From contig OX597814.1 in assembly GCA_951406725.2 (NCBI GenBank), forward strand, positions 181,164,001 through 181,228,000: a stretch of DNA of 64,000 nucleotides. The letters run 5' to 3'. Made by a program: the position numbers and the translations under genes. The stretch is from Octopus vulgaris (Eukaryota). The notes below the pieces were generated by a model. That model saw only the letters and a list, made by a program, of their open reading frames with translations, was not told where the DNA came from and did not search any database. This document shows positions 24,567 through 38,124 of the stretch, in pieces; within the stretch, counting starts at the first letter, position 1; every line of letters begins with the position of its first letter.

Positions 24567-26702
24567 ATAGAGCCTTCTTAAACACATAATCTACCACAAA
24601 TTATCACAAACACTAGTTACAAATCCATGTTACTTAAACCAAGAACACTGTATATCTTCATTCTCAAGATTTCAGAGTGGGAGCATTCCCTTTTATTGAC
24701 ACTCCAAATTACTTTATAGTTGATTTAAATCATCAAACAAGATTCTTTTTATTGAATATAATTAAAGCATAAAGTTGGACCAGTCCTTGATTATTACAAC
24801 AAGTCTTAAGATCTAAATACTCCATATCAAATCTTTGTATGTTTTCCTGACACACTCAGAATCATTTACTGACTTCTTTGTGGAATGTCACAAAGTTTAC
24901 CATTTAGCTAGTTGACTGTTGTGCATACGTTGATTAGATCAATATGATTTTGATATTCTGCAAGAGAAAAGTTTCATTTTGTTGAATTATTCCCAGTATC
25001 TAAATGTTGCTCCATTTAAGATTAAGAGATGAATATATATACCAGATTTATAACGTAATATAATTTGGTTTATTTCAACTTCCAAAAAGTACTCATTTAA
25101 ACTTCCTCAATTCAATTCAAACCCATGCTAATCATACATATATTACCAGACTTTTGTGGGGTTTTTTTTCTCACTCTCTCTCTTCAAAGCATTACATTTC
25201 TTCTGTCATAAGATTTCATTTTTGGCAGGATATTCATTAATTTTACAATCAGATGAGTCGAAACTTTTGTGCAGTTCCAATATTTTTAATTTCCAGGTTG
25301 GTTTTAGCCATTTTTACAGTGTCACTCACACACTGGACTTCCTGTCCAAATTCTTAAGAAGTTTGCATAAACAATGGGCTTTGTAGAATTCCTTATTATT
25401 CATTAACAGTAGGGTTCTTTTTATATTTTTTACTTTTTAGTCATTGGTCTTAAGGTAGTTATAGTTGCATTAATGTGAAATAAACAGAAACTTTTAACCA
25501 TTTCCTGAGGAATCTATTTGCATTTTTGTTCATTCTCTCTAATTTTGTCTAAGCAAATTGTAAAAAACTAAAGATGATGCTGTAAATATCAACTCCTAAA
25601 ATTACCAGCCAAATCACAACCTTCAAATGCAGTGAGGCTCTCTTTTAGTTCAATTTCAGAATCACGTGAAGATTAAATCTAAATAGTTCATAAAAAGTAC
25701 TTTCACACAGCAAGGAATGTATGTGCACAACACATACAAGGGAAATGAAAATATATTAGCAGAGTAAAAAGCAAACAAGTTTGTCAAAATCCTGACTGGC
25801 AATACTTGAGATAATATAAGTGAATCATTAGTTATGTAGACCAAAGACAGCTGAAAATCCAAGTATTTTAAAATTTTATTTATTTATTTTTTTGCTATTA
25901 AAAACATTGAAGAAAATAGTCACAAAGTAACTTCAGAATATAGAAACAAAAAAAAAGATAATAGCAATTTTTGAGGACAGTGAGAGTAAAGACTATATAG
26001 CTCTTCAATATAAGCAGGAAAATGTAACAAATTAGATTATTTGGTAAACAATGTTGTTGAGGCTGCATTAGATAAATATTACCATAACCTCCTCCAAACA
26101 CTATAGTATAATTTTTCAACCTATTTTTAAAAAAGTAACTCTAATTACATGGCAAGAAAAAGTTTTCTCAGATGATGGCAACTAACAAAACTTCATATTA
26201 GAAATATTTTATATTTTTAAAGCTATTAAAGATTTGACTGTCATTAGTAATCACCTTATTACCATCAATAAACACCTTACTACCTTTAAATAATCAACAT
26301 TTAGTCTTTAAAACTAATAAACAAACATACATTTTCTCTTTACTACAATCTGTTTTGATTACATTTAAAGTGATCTTTACAGCATGGCTACTATCAGTGT
26401 TTTAACACAAGAGTAGAACAATGAAAATAGTTTTTTTAATTCATATACATGTTTTCTGTCTAGAAACACAAGATACCGACTTTCCTATACTGATTTAATT
26501 CTAAAATACTTGGTGAAAATATGCATTTACAAAAATATTTTTGAAATTATTATAAAATGAAACATTGAGAATAATTTCCCTTAATTCCAAAATCTCAATA
26601 TCAAATGACAAAGTTTATTAATAATTTTAATTTTATTTAAAATTTAATTCTGGTATCCTACTTTTAATTATATTAATTCAAATGTATGAGAAGATTACAT
26701 AC

Positions 26703-26747
26703 TTCTTGATGACAAGTCGCCATCCATTTGAAAAGGGAAAGTTCGAT
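26703..26747 (-). CDS. Candidate alternative cassette exon of Munc18 (45 nt, phase 0-0)
   Basis: ttttcag|ATC...GAA|gtatgt; IELSLFKWMATCHQE, no stop. Confidence 0.42.
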
Positions 26748-27799
26748 CTGAAAATTTTCTGAAACAGTTCAGTATTCTTTCCATGTCAGGATATTGTTAA
26801 TATTTTCAAAAACAAACTTTACAGTTGGAAAATTATCTTAAAGAAATGTTCCTAGTGATAATCTAATTACATAAAATATTCAACTTTCTTTCCCTCTGCC
26901 ATCCAACCTATCATCTACTTTCATGCTTCTAATTTGATACATCAGCAAGAACTTATTATTATTAATACACACAGGCATATTTTTAATGGTCTTCATTCAG
27001 ATAAAACTGATACATCACATTGACATATCAGAAATATCATAAGACTGGAATATGTAATTAAACAAATCTAGTAATAACAGCAAAATAACACTCAAAATTG
27101 AAAAAGAAAATATTCAAGAAATAAATAAATAAAGCAAAAGTTTTAAGTTCGAAAGGGTTAGATTGAACAAAATGTATTCTCTCTGAAGATCATGTTCCTG
27201 AAAAGTGAATGTGTGTATGTACGGATGGTCACGCAGTAAAAATTAGTATTCATTGACAAAACAGTTAACTATTAATCTTTTTCCAAAGGCAGACAGAGTG
27301 AGTGTGAGCTTGTGCATGTATGTATGGAGCATGTGTGAGTAAATGATGTGTCTGTGTATTATGTTCAGAGTTGACATGTTATTCAAGAAACTCTCCAAAA
27401 TCTATCCTGTCAGCAACCACAGACTTACTAACTCTAACCAATTCAACATATGATTAAATATATCTCTGTCAGAATATAGAAATAGGCTAATAGTCATAAT
27501 TTTTTGACAGCAAAAGATATTGTAAGAAAGACCAGTCCATTGCTTTAAAACCTAAAAATTATGCTTATAAATGCTACATTCATTAATTGTAATCAAGTTA
27601 ATGACTTTTCTTCCCAATACACAAATGATACCTTTTGAAATGGAATTATTCTTGCAAAACACAGTTGATTCAATATAGTAAAGAAAAAATTCTTTAGATA
27701 CAAATAACAAGTTCAGATAATCATTCAAGGATATGTAGGTTTAAAATAATCAGAAATTTATATAGGCTAAATTCTAGAGGAATTTAACCATACACAATA

Positions 27800-28350
27800 C
27801 TGTGTTGACAAAGCTCTCACTGGCTCACACTAACTCTGGTAAGCCTTAAGACTTAATTCTGTCTCCAATAAACTTCATTCCAAATATCAACGACCTACTT
27901 GCTGTCATGCCCAATAATGCCCATTCCTACACAGATGACACTACTTGTCATTCTTCTTTATCCTTCCCTGCTCAAGCATCGTTTCCATGCAACACCTCAC
28001 ACCAAACTATTACTACATGAAAGAAATCTTGAAAGCATCTTCCAATGGAATCAAGCCAATCTTATCCCTTTGAATAGCAAAATACTGTAAGCATTGTTGC
28101 TATGAAAACAAGAGAAAACAATTTTTTGCACATCACTCTCCTTAAGCAAGAGCAGCATGCATCTAGAACCCTTGTAACTGCACTAGATTACTGACGATCA
28201 CTGATGGTGAATGTATATCCTGACAAAGCTAGTTACTAGACTGGCCTTTCTCTTCAGACTCAGAAAATAATTTAGCTGTCAACAATTACTAAGCCTTTAC
28301 AAAGCTCAGGTGAATCCTACAATGGAGTACTGCTCTCATCTGAAGTGATG
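27800..28350 (+). mobile_element. CR1/Jockey-like LINE relic
   Basis: NLESIFQWNQANLIPLNS resembles the RT C-terminal W...NL..FN motif; similar to 58640-58720. Confidence 0.45.
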
Positions 28351-30502
28351 CTACTGCTGCTATCACAGGCATCTTATGCTGCATTCAGACAATGGGCACT
28401 GAACTGATTGCATTAAGCCATTCATAGATATATTTGTCTCTGGCCTACAAATGCATAGTTTCTTCTCCCTAAATTTCTGTCACTATAACATTGGCCTCTG
28501 CTCCTTCAAGAAGTAACTTCAAGGAACAGAGGTCAATGTCATAGTAACAGAAATCTCGAATATTTTCAAGATCCTTAAAGACCCTTAAGAAGCCTAGCTA
28601 CTCTTACCATACAATTTTTAAGAACTGAAAAAAGAAAGTATTAATTTCTCTTATATTTTATTAATTACTGATTTACTTTTTTCTGAATCACATTTGTATA
28701 AGAACAAGGTAACCTATTTCTTCACCAACAACCCCATTTTTTAAATCCAACCCAAACTAATATAGAAAGAAGTAAGACAATGATGAGGTTGATGTGACAT
28801 TAAGTGTATTTGGGATGCTGAAAGTTCATACGAATTTAACCTACAAACCAATTACAATCAAGAAAGAAAAAAATGTGAACACTTTAAAAGTGGTTCATTT
28901 TGTAACTTCCAATATTTGCTATGCCCCATGGCTTTAGGTATGGCTCTGAGATAACAAAAATTATATCCAAATATCTAATACATAAATAAGCAAAGACCTT
29001 AACATGTCAGATTCTCAACAAAGAATTATTATTTTGTAAAAACGTCAAGAAAAAAAAAATTGAATATGAAGTTTGTCATGAGTAAAATATATTAGGCTTC
29101 TGCTTTCTAAAAGAGATAATTGTTAAGTCAAGAAGATCCATTTGTCAAGGACATGACACCCTCTCTAATTCTGGTGCCACATGAAAACTGTACCCAGTAC
29201 ACTCTGTGAAGTGGTTGCTGTTAGGAAGGGCCTTTAGACAAAGAAACCATGCCAAGGAAGGCATGGTCTGGATAAGAATTTACTCAAATAGTAACAACCC
29301 ATTAAACCCATGCCAGTAAGGTAAGCAGACATAAAATGATGATGATGATGATGATGATAAAATTTTTCAAATGTATGAAGAGAGCAGTTGATAAAAAAAA
29401 AAATAAACATTCCCAAAATTTTCAGCAGACCACTTTCAGAAATAAAATACATCTCTTGACATATTTTAACCTGAGAATATAAACCACACATTTAGTTTGC
29501 ATAATTATTACCCTTGTTATGAAAGTACTGGAAATCCATAAAAATAAATAAAATCCACAAACAAGACCAACTACATTAAGAGACCAAGCACAGAAGAAAA
29601 TAAAGAAAAATAAAATTGTCTTCAAACAAATTGAATTAAAACTATAATTGTAAATTATGAGTGATGTACATTATATAGATGAAAAGAAGCAGAGAGGAAT
29701 GGAAAAAAATATTCAGATTTGGAAAATATTAAGAAAAGCTATCTGAGAATTAAAATTATATATACATAGTGAGTAAATAAAAGTTTTAACTAATTTACGA
29801 AAATATACAAACAAAAATGCATTTTGATAGTTTCAATAAATTCACAGCTCAGTTTTGGGAATGCAAGTTTATAAACTGCTAAAAGAAAGGAAAAATTAAT
29901 AAATTTTGCCAAGAGAGTTTTAAATACATCTTCCATTAAGTTTTTTACATTTCAGTATATAAGAAAAAAGTTATAATTTTTGTTGTATGAGACAATATAT
30001 TAACTAAAGCTCCACAAAGCAGCAGTTCAAATTAAAAAGTAATCAAATAGTCATCAACTGATAGAAATAAAATTTGTTTAAAAAAAATCTTTAAAAAAAA
30101 TTTGTTTGAAATAAAAGTGATAGCAAGAACTGTTAACTGAAAATATGTTGAATGTACACGATCCAGGTGGTTTTTATTAAATTCAAAGATTTTCATGATG
30201 GTGACAGGAGTGGTGTGAATGCACGGCAATTATAATAAAATGCATGCAGTTTATATAATAATGATGCTTTTCTACAAATAGGCATAATTGGTGGGTGTTA
30301 ATTGTGACATAAGAAAAATGCAATCTCATAGAGAGAATTCAGGAATTTAAGAGATTAAAGAAAAAAATCATTAAAAAAAAAAGATTTCCAAAATAAAATT
30401 TAAAATATATTTGAAACTGAAAAAGTAGTCAGGATAGGCAATGAAAGGTAAATTATACACAAAATAGAGTGCACTATATAATGGTTAAATAAACCTACTC
30501 AC

Positions 30503-30613
30503 ATCTTGAATAATTGGAACCCCAAGGTGTTGCATATCATTTATAATCCATTTTTTCTTCAGCTGGGATATGTGCATGTTGAACAAGTTTGGCTAAATTC
30601 TCTTCAGAAATAC
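30503..30613 (-). CDS. STXBP1: Munc18 exon (111 nt as assembled; 110 needed for frame, so one extra A)
   Basis: (G)ISEENLAKLVQHAHIPAEEK, then +1 shift, then WIINDMQHLGVPIIQD; tttcag / gtgagt. Confidence 0.93.
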
Positions 30614-30861
30614 CTGAAATATTTAGGTTTTGTTGTTAGAGATGGATGTTTTTCTTATAGAAATATATTAATTGAAGTAAAATAAATATGAAAGAAAGAA
30701 AATGATAGCAAAATTATTTATTTCCAATTATTAGCATTTTCTGAAAATTATCATCATGCCTTAAATCTTTTGTTAAAATGCATTCCACTTAAGAGCCAAA
30801 ATGGATTTTCCCTCATAAAATGAATTTTTAATGAATTTTAAATAAAAGAAAGAATAAGTAC

Positions 30862-31000
30862 CGCCTTTATGAATTATATATAGAAGAATTATTCTAATCT
30901 TATCATAAGCTGTTATTTTTTGGTCTAACAAAATTGGTACGATGTTCCTCATGTGGTCCTTGATTTTCTCTCCATCAGCATCTGTTCCCATTGCAAGATC
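30862..31000 (-). CDS. STXBP1: Munc18 exon (139 nt)
   Basis: [46 protein letters not shown]; ctatag / gtactt. Confidence 0.96.
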
Positions 31001-31962
31001 CTATAGTAAATATATATAAGAAAAATTTCACTAAAGTCACTCACTATGATAATAAATTTAATATTTCACTTAAAACTTTAAATTAAAAAATCATGGGGTG
31101 TCAGAGTTCAATAAATAATTTCAACAAGATGTATACCATCATACAATCAAAAGGAAATCCTATTTTCTATATTTTAATTATTTAATCTACTGATGGATAG
31201 AGCTGATTTTAAAAGCTAAATGGTCATAATTGCTATAGTACAAAAATAATTTCTTTTTCTTTTTAGCACTTTATTGGTTATATCCAAAAATTATTAAATT
31301 CAAATTGATTGCAATATTATATTAATTCTACTTGTCATTGTTTTACTTGGCCCATCGGTAACGCTTTCATGTGATTAGAGAAAAAGAGGGAGAAAGAAGG
31401 AGTGAGGGAGAAGCGTCCATGATGTGACGTAGAAGGAATGTAATTGTAATGCTTTCACATGATCAGTTGAAGGGAAAGAGAGTTTTTTTAAACTAAGTTT
31501 TTTATATCACCTATTACTTAACGCATGCACATAAGTACAATTCCATGAAATATTGGTGCTCCTTTAAGTGGCAGATATATGCAATTTAACTAAAGGTTGT
31601 ATCATATGTATGGGATATTTTTTTTGTTTATAGGGAAAAATGGAAAAATAAGAATGAATATTTATTTTATGAGTGCTGTGTATCAAGTCTATAAAATTGT
31701 GCATTAAATATATAAAGTGTATAGATAAAGTGCATTAAGTAATCACCATATTCCAATTTCTTTCATCTTTCAATGAGTAGCAGATGACTGACTACCTTTC
31801 CAAACATACACAACACAGGTTACATTTTCAGGATTTCTGGATAAAGATTTCAGAAATAACCCAATAGATTTACCATTAATTCCGTGGAATATTCACAGGT
31901 CCTGCTAGTAAATTTAAAAAGAATAAGTGGACATAAAATTGAAAGAAATTAAAAAGACAAAC

Positions 31963-32170
31963 CTGTTCAACTTTACACAATTTGTCCACATGTTGTTGGT
32001 ATTGCTTCATGCAATCTTCAGCTAAGTGGAGATGTGTGGAATATTTGGAAAGTTCTTTCTGATATTGTGGCATCTTTTTTAACATCTGTGATAAATCTTT
32101 AATTCCGGCTTTATCAGCTGTACCCATTCTCTTTGCATCGGCAAACTGCTTTAGTTTCTTTGTCACATTT
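31963..32170 (-). CDS. STXBP1: Munc18 exon (208 nt), domain 3a
   Basis: [69 protein letters not shown]; aatag / gtttgt. Confidence 0.97.
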
Positions 32171-33946
32171 CTATTAAGATTAAGCAGATTACATCAATTC
32201 AGAAAGGAAAAAGAAAATCTTATATTCAATCAATCACTCTAAATACACACATAAGTTAAAACCACAAAACATAAATAAATCAAATTTCAATATTTTCTTT
32301 CTTTTTTTTTAATCAACATTAAACCATTTTAAAATTACATCTGTTCTGAAATTCATTTGACAAACTAACTCATACATTTAATTGCTAAATTTCTTACCAC
32401 AATTTACTAAAAAAACTTTCCTTGAAAATTATAGCAACAAAATAAAGTTTCTCAATGCTGATGAAAAGTTGTGATAGGATGATATCTTCAAATCAGTTGT
32501 GACTTTTAAGTTCAAAGTACAAGACCTGATTGGGTAAATTTTATGTCTAGCATCCATTTTATATGGCTTAATGACTGGAGTTGATGTTTTTCAATGATGG
32601 TTTGGATTCCCATAGATTTTGTTCTTGTTAGTATCTCTTCCTATTTGGTAATCAGGATTAATTGCAGTTTTGCTGGAGGAAATCTCTACAGACAACATAA
32701 CTGATGCTGATACAATTTCAATAGCAGTACAGATACATGTTCAGCCTTACAGCAGTACAGAGAAAACAACAGCAAGACACACCAAACTTTTGTTTTGAGT
32801 CTCAGGTCAGAGTTGTGAAAAACACATTAAAAGCACCCAAAAATTTTGTTTGTAGCCAGTTGATCTCAAATGTAAGGGAGAAAAAATTGGAGAAGATGCT
32901 GCTAAGAGACAAAGAATAAAATTTTGACTAGTTCACTATTTGAAGAGGGTTTTCTTCCTTTTTAAGTAGATATCAGCAAAATTCTTTAGTATACTGACAC
33001 TAGAACCAGACATCTTGTAAGTATTAATAAATGAAGTGGACGTGGTGCATCTACTGAAATGAGCTGAATATGGCACAACATGTGAGCACATGGAAGCTCA
33101 CAGATCATGATGAATTATTGATTTAAGTTGGTATAGATTAAAAAGTCCACAAAAATCTTTAACCAGATTATAGAAAAAGATAAGTTTCTGTTGTTCTCAT
33201 CTTTTCTTCAAGTTGTCTGGCAGCAAACATCAAGTCAGTCTCTGAGAAAGAAAGCTGCATTTTCCTCCACAAAGCAAGCTTTGTTCAGGTAGTTTGTTCA
33301 ATCACAGAACCAGAAGCGAGATCCACGGCCACAAACATCAAGGTTTGTTTGGGTAAATGATCCTGGATTCCAAAACCGAAGAACTATCAATGTATCAAGG
33401 TAGATATAAAAACGCATCCATAGAATTCAAAATGACTGCTGGGCAAACCAAGGCCAATAAAACCCAAAGTTATGCTGACCAAAATTATATCACTTCCATT
33501 CTGCTAAATTGTACAAACAAGAAGAATCATGCTTGAAAACTTCAACAGATTCTACAACTATAGAAAAAATTTTTATTTATCCTTAATTAAAGATGTGTTA
33601 AAGAATTTTCTTTGTCTTCTTTTCAGTGGAGTATTTACTTCTTGCCAAACCATATGATGGTAAGATCATCCTGAAACTTGGATTTTCTACACTAGAAGTA
33701 TTCCAGCCTTGGCTTGGACCCCGACAGTTTTGATAGCCCAGTATTTGAGTTGAGCGCTTCTCTGGAAATACCCAACTTCACACCCAACCAACTTTAAAGA
33801 TGTCAGTATTTTGACCATTTTCCAAATATGGACAAAAATGACTGTGAAGTATGTGGAGAAACACAGCAGGATGTTGCTGTTATCATCAACAAGTAAGATC
33901 TAACCCTGAATACAAGAAGTACATCAATTACAAAAAATGAACTTAC

Positions 33947-34054
33947 TGAGAGACAACTGCAATGTGTTGGTGTCGCATTTCTACCCACAAATCATCATTT
34001 TCATCTAAAAGTACTTCTTTTTCTGGTACTTCATTTCCACCAATATTTACATAT
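33947..34054 (-). CDS. STXBP1: Munc18 exon (108 nt)
   Basis: [35 protein letters not shown]; ctctag / gtaagt (too short for the ORF track). Confidence 0.96.
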
Positions 34055-35939
34055 CTAGAGAGAACATCAAAAGAAATAATTTAACCTTAAAATATAATAC
34101 GTCATTAAAAATTATGTCTAGTGTAAATTTTGCAACAATCAAGATTTAGACACAAATTCAATAAGTGAGAAATGATGAAGACAATGATTAAGAGTATGAA
34201 ATCAGGAAAAACAAACTACAATAAAACATGGTACACTTATTAAGAAGTAAATGGAAAACATGGCTAATACTGTACCTCAAGTATAACAGAGTACCCACGT
34301 GCAGTTATGATAGCTCACCAGAAATTCTATCCAAATTGTTAGTAGGGTGACAATTAGTATTGGAAATGAAGTTAGTAATAACATAGGGACTAGAATGATG
34401 CAGAGTGTGAACATTTAGAGAACTGCTAGCACTGATGGTGATAATGAACTTCTTTGACAGCAGTTTATATGAAGTACATTAAAGAAATATAACATAGGCT
34501 TTTATCAATTAAAAAAAAAAGAGTAATAAATGCAGTTTTTGCAACAAGTGAAAGGAATAAATATGGACTGTAAGATGTACGAGGTTAACAAATGAATTGA
34601 AACTATACCTCCACACCAAAACCATGTAATGCAAACTGCTAATATCTACTGGGTTAAAATGTAAAATGATATGGTACTGAAAAGCACTAAGAGAAAAGGT
34701 AGACCATAGAAGATTTAAAGAAATGCTGCTATGACACCAAAGATTATTACTTCCTCATAATTAACAAAAGTTTAGAAATTGAATGTTCAAGATCTCAAAG
34801 CTTCTATATTTATCTTGATTCTCATGTTTTATATTTATCTTACTAGGGATACAGAATACTCTAGTATACTGTTAAATTATACAAAGATAAATATTTGGAA
34901 TTAATAAAGTTGTGCAGCAAACAAGATGAAGTTGGATTTCTAAGTTGTAAAGAAATAGATGCAAGTAGTGCAATCTATCAGTCAATGAGTGCACTAAAGT
35001 TAAATTGGAATTTTTAGCAGAAAGCAAGCCCAGATTTTAAATGTTAAATGTAGACTAACTCAGGAGTAATATCTCTGTTTTAAAGATAAATTATTATAAA
35101 GTGAAATTATGTTATCCAAGTAATTTCATGAGTATCATGGAGCTAGTGATAACACATTAACTACATTTGAAGAATTTAAGAACACCGTCTTATTTTAACA
35201 ATTGCAACAAAGATGCATTTTTTTTATATATGTATGCCACTGATGAAAATAGAACAAACCCATAACTTCTCTGAGACCTCACTGTGAATGTCAACCTCAA
35301 GTTAAGGGTAGATTTGAAACTATTGCAGAAAAGACTTAAATGAATTATGTATAATTCCATCTGCTACCTGGACATAACTCAATTCCTTTGCACAAAATCC
35401 AACAACTTATCTTCTAGGCCTTTCTAATATTCATAAGTGTTATGGTATTTGGCACTCAAACCAGGGCGGGAAAGTAGGGGACCTGCAATGACTGAAAAGA
35501 AATGAGATATGGATGATAAATAAATCTAAGGGAAGTACTGAACAACACACTGGTGGTTAATGAAAACTGAAGTAGAAACATACAAAGAAAAATTTGGCTG
35601 GTGATGATAATAAAATACATGTTAATTGGTTTGTATTCTTATAACTAGATACTTTCAACAGTGAAGTATTCAATTATTCTCTTTAAATTACTAGATCAAA
35701 ATGTTCATATGTTTAGTTGTGTATAATTAAATAGAATGATCTAGTATTCACTAAATTAACACTGCATTTGACTTAGCCACCTTCCTTGCACTTAAACCAG
35801 TAGAATCAAACACGAGAAGTTTCCACACAAATGATAACCATATTTATAACCCGAGATTTGCAGAGTTCCTTATTCCAATTTAAGTTAATTCTCAACATTT
35901 GGCTGGGTAAGTTAGTCATTTTAATAATATTCTGCCTCA

Positions 35940-36488
35940 AAATCAAACCAAATCAAATCAGATATCAGAAAGCAGAACCAAAATTGAGGTCGATCAACAT
36001 CAGTGGAAATTGCAGCTGTGGTTAAGCGAACCATCAGATTGTGGTCGTTGCCGGCGCCGCCCCGCCTGGTCCCCGTAAAAGCACCATCCGTTCGTGGCCG
36101 TTGCCAGCTTCGCCTGGCCCTGTGCCGGTGGCACGTAAAAGCACCATCCGCTTGTGTCCGTTGCCAGCCTCGCCTCCGTGCCAGTGGCATGTAAAAGCAC
36201 CATCCGTTCGTGTCCATTGCCAGCCTCGCCTGGCCCCCGTGCCGGTGGCACGTAAAAGCACCATCCGTTCGTGGCCGTTTGCCAGCTCTGTCTGGCACCT
36301 GTGCGGGTGGCACGTAAAAAGCACCCACTACACTCATGGAGTGGTTGGCGTTAGGAAGGGCATCCAGCCGTAGAAACACTGCCAGATCTGACTGGGCCTG
36401 ATGCAGCCTTCCGGCTTCACAGACCCCAGTTGAACCGTCCAACCCATGCTAGCATGGAAAACGGACGCTAAATGATGATGATGATGAT
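35940..36488 (+). mobile_element. SINE/RTE-tail element ending in (ATG)n, with an internal ~55-bp tandem array
   Basis: About 5 copies of gtaaaagcaccatccgttcgtggccgttgccagc at 36040-36320; ggcgttaggaagggcatccagc core; related copies at 19877-20088, 22040-22198, 29170-29358, 44100-44297, 49577-49780 and 56207-56400. Confidence 0.75.
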
Positions 36489-37117
36489 CACCAACCAGCA
36501 TGAGACTGCATTTGGTTCAATGTTTCAAAACCTCTTGTCTGATGTAAATTAAAATCCTTCATCATAATTTTATGTAAGAATCTTTTATGTTCCTAACACC
36601 AGCTTAAATAATCCCTCTAAATTCTAGATTATTTTCAAGGTTAACTGAAACATATAAGCAGAGTATTTTATTTGAAAAGTAGTCATAAATAGATTATGTG
36701 AAATTATGAAATAAAATAGTTTAAAATACAGTCAACAATGAGGAGCTAATGTCACCTTTTCCTCACTGCATAATTATTTCTAATGGGACTTTTGACACAC
36801 ACACTGCATAAAATATATTAATATCAAATATTGTTTTTCTGTATGGATGTGAGGGATAGCATCTTTTAAATATCTGCTAATCTTTCAAACCTACTTATTA
36901 CAATATTGGATTTCAACTGAGTGATTGTCCCATCACTAACTTTTGCAGAGTTAATAAGACTGAAACAGGTCCAGAGTTGTCTCCCATACTTGCTGAAATG
37001 ATTAAAATATTAACTATTATTTTTTTTCTTGATACCTTATTGTTTATACTATATACTTACAGCATTAAATATGTTAATGCTAATGAACTAGACATAATAA
37101 AAACACTTAGAACTTAC

Positions 37118-37248
37118 TTGTAAACATCATTTTCAATAGGAAGAAGGTCATACGCCATAGCTTGGAAAGTTAATTCATGAAGAAGAGGTGAAATAGGATC
37201 AAAACCTCTATCTAATATCAACAGCTGAGACCGATCCTTTTGCGGACC
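37118..37248 (-). CDS. STXBP1: Munc18 exon (131 nt)
   Basis: [43 protein letters not shown], containing the SM-family [11 protein letters not shown] motif; atag / gtaagt. Confidence 0.97.
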
Positions 37249-37772
37249 CTATATTGGGGGAAAAAACAAACAAATAATAAACTTCAAATGTAATTTTCAT
37301 AAACACATAACATACAAACGACACAAAAAAAAATGTTTAAACATGAACACCTTTAGTGAATATAAATTCAATGATCTAAGAAACAAATACTATCAAATGA
37401 AAACATTCCAACTACCAGAAAAACACACAACATATCATTTCAAACAATTGTAGCAGTAAACTATTTTGTCTAGATTTCATCTTTAACAATTATACAAACA
37501 AAAGTTATACAGTGCAAAGTATCTTTTACTTTATTTGCTTCAGTGAACAGAGCAGAAACGTATGTTTCACACCTACTTTAATGCATATATTTAGGTGAAG
37601 CAACTCCGGCCTTGTGCATGGAACAAATTTATACATACGAAAAATTTTGGTTGTTCATCAGTGTCCATGAGATCCTAATTTACTTGTGCATATACTGACT
37701 GTACTACTTTGTAGTATCTAGAATGATGCTGTACTGTCTAAATAAAGAAAACAAACAGACAACCCTAAAGAG

Positions 37773-38124
37773 CTCTCTCTCTCTTTTACTCTTTTACTTG
37801 TTTCAGTCATTTGACTGGGGCCATGCTGGAGCACCGCCTTCAGTCGAGCAAATCGACCCCGGGACTTATTCTTTGTAAGCCCAGTACTTATTCTATCGGT
37901 CTCTTTTGCCGAACCGCTAAGTGACAGGGACGTAAACACACCAGCATCGGTTGTCAAGCAATGCTAGGGGGACAAACACAGACGCACAAACACACATATA
38001 TACGACAGGCTTCTTTTAGTTTCCGTCTACCAAATCCACTCACAAGGCATTGGTCGGCCCGGGGCTATAGCAGAAGACACTTGCCCAAGATGCCACGCAG
38101 TGGGACTGAACCCAGAACCATGTG
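37773..38124 (-). mobile_element. SINE with (ctctttta)n tail
   Basis: cttttacttgtttcagtcatttgact..gacacttgcccaag..gggactgaaccc; the same family occurs at ~3127-3330 plus 4205-4361, 51014-51246, 52067-52158 and 52918-53325. Confidence 0.8.

Noticed and set aside
32450-33890. Coding-like intronic sequence, also at 38130-38990 and 47220-48130
   Set aside because: No sustained ORF or splice structure; probably old transposon relics I cannot classify
35921-36442. Overlapping GC-rich ORFs and a ~55-bp tandem array superficially like a CRISPR array
   Set aside because: Internal tandem repeat of a SINE/RTE-tail element; no unique spacers; eukaryotic context
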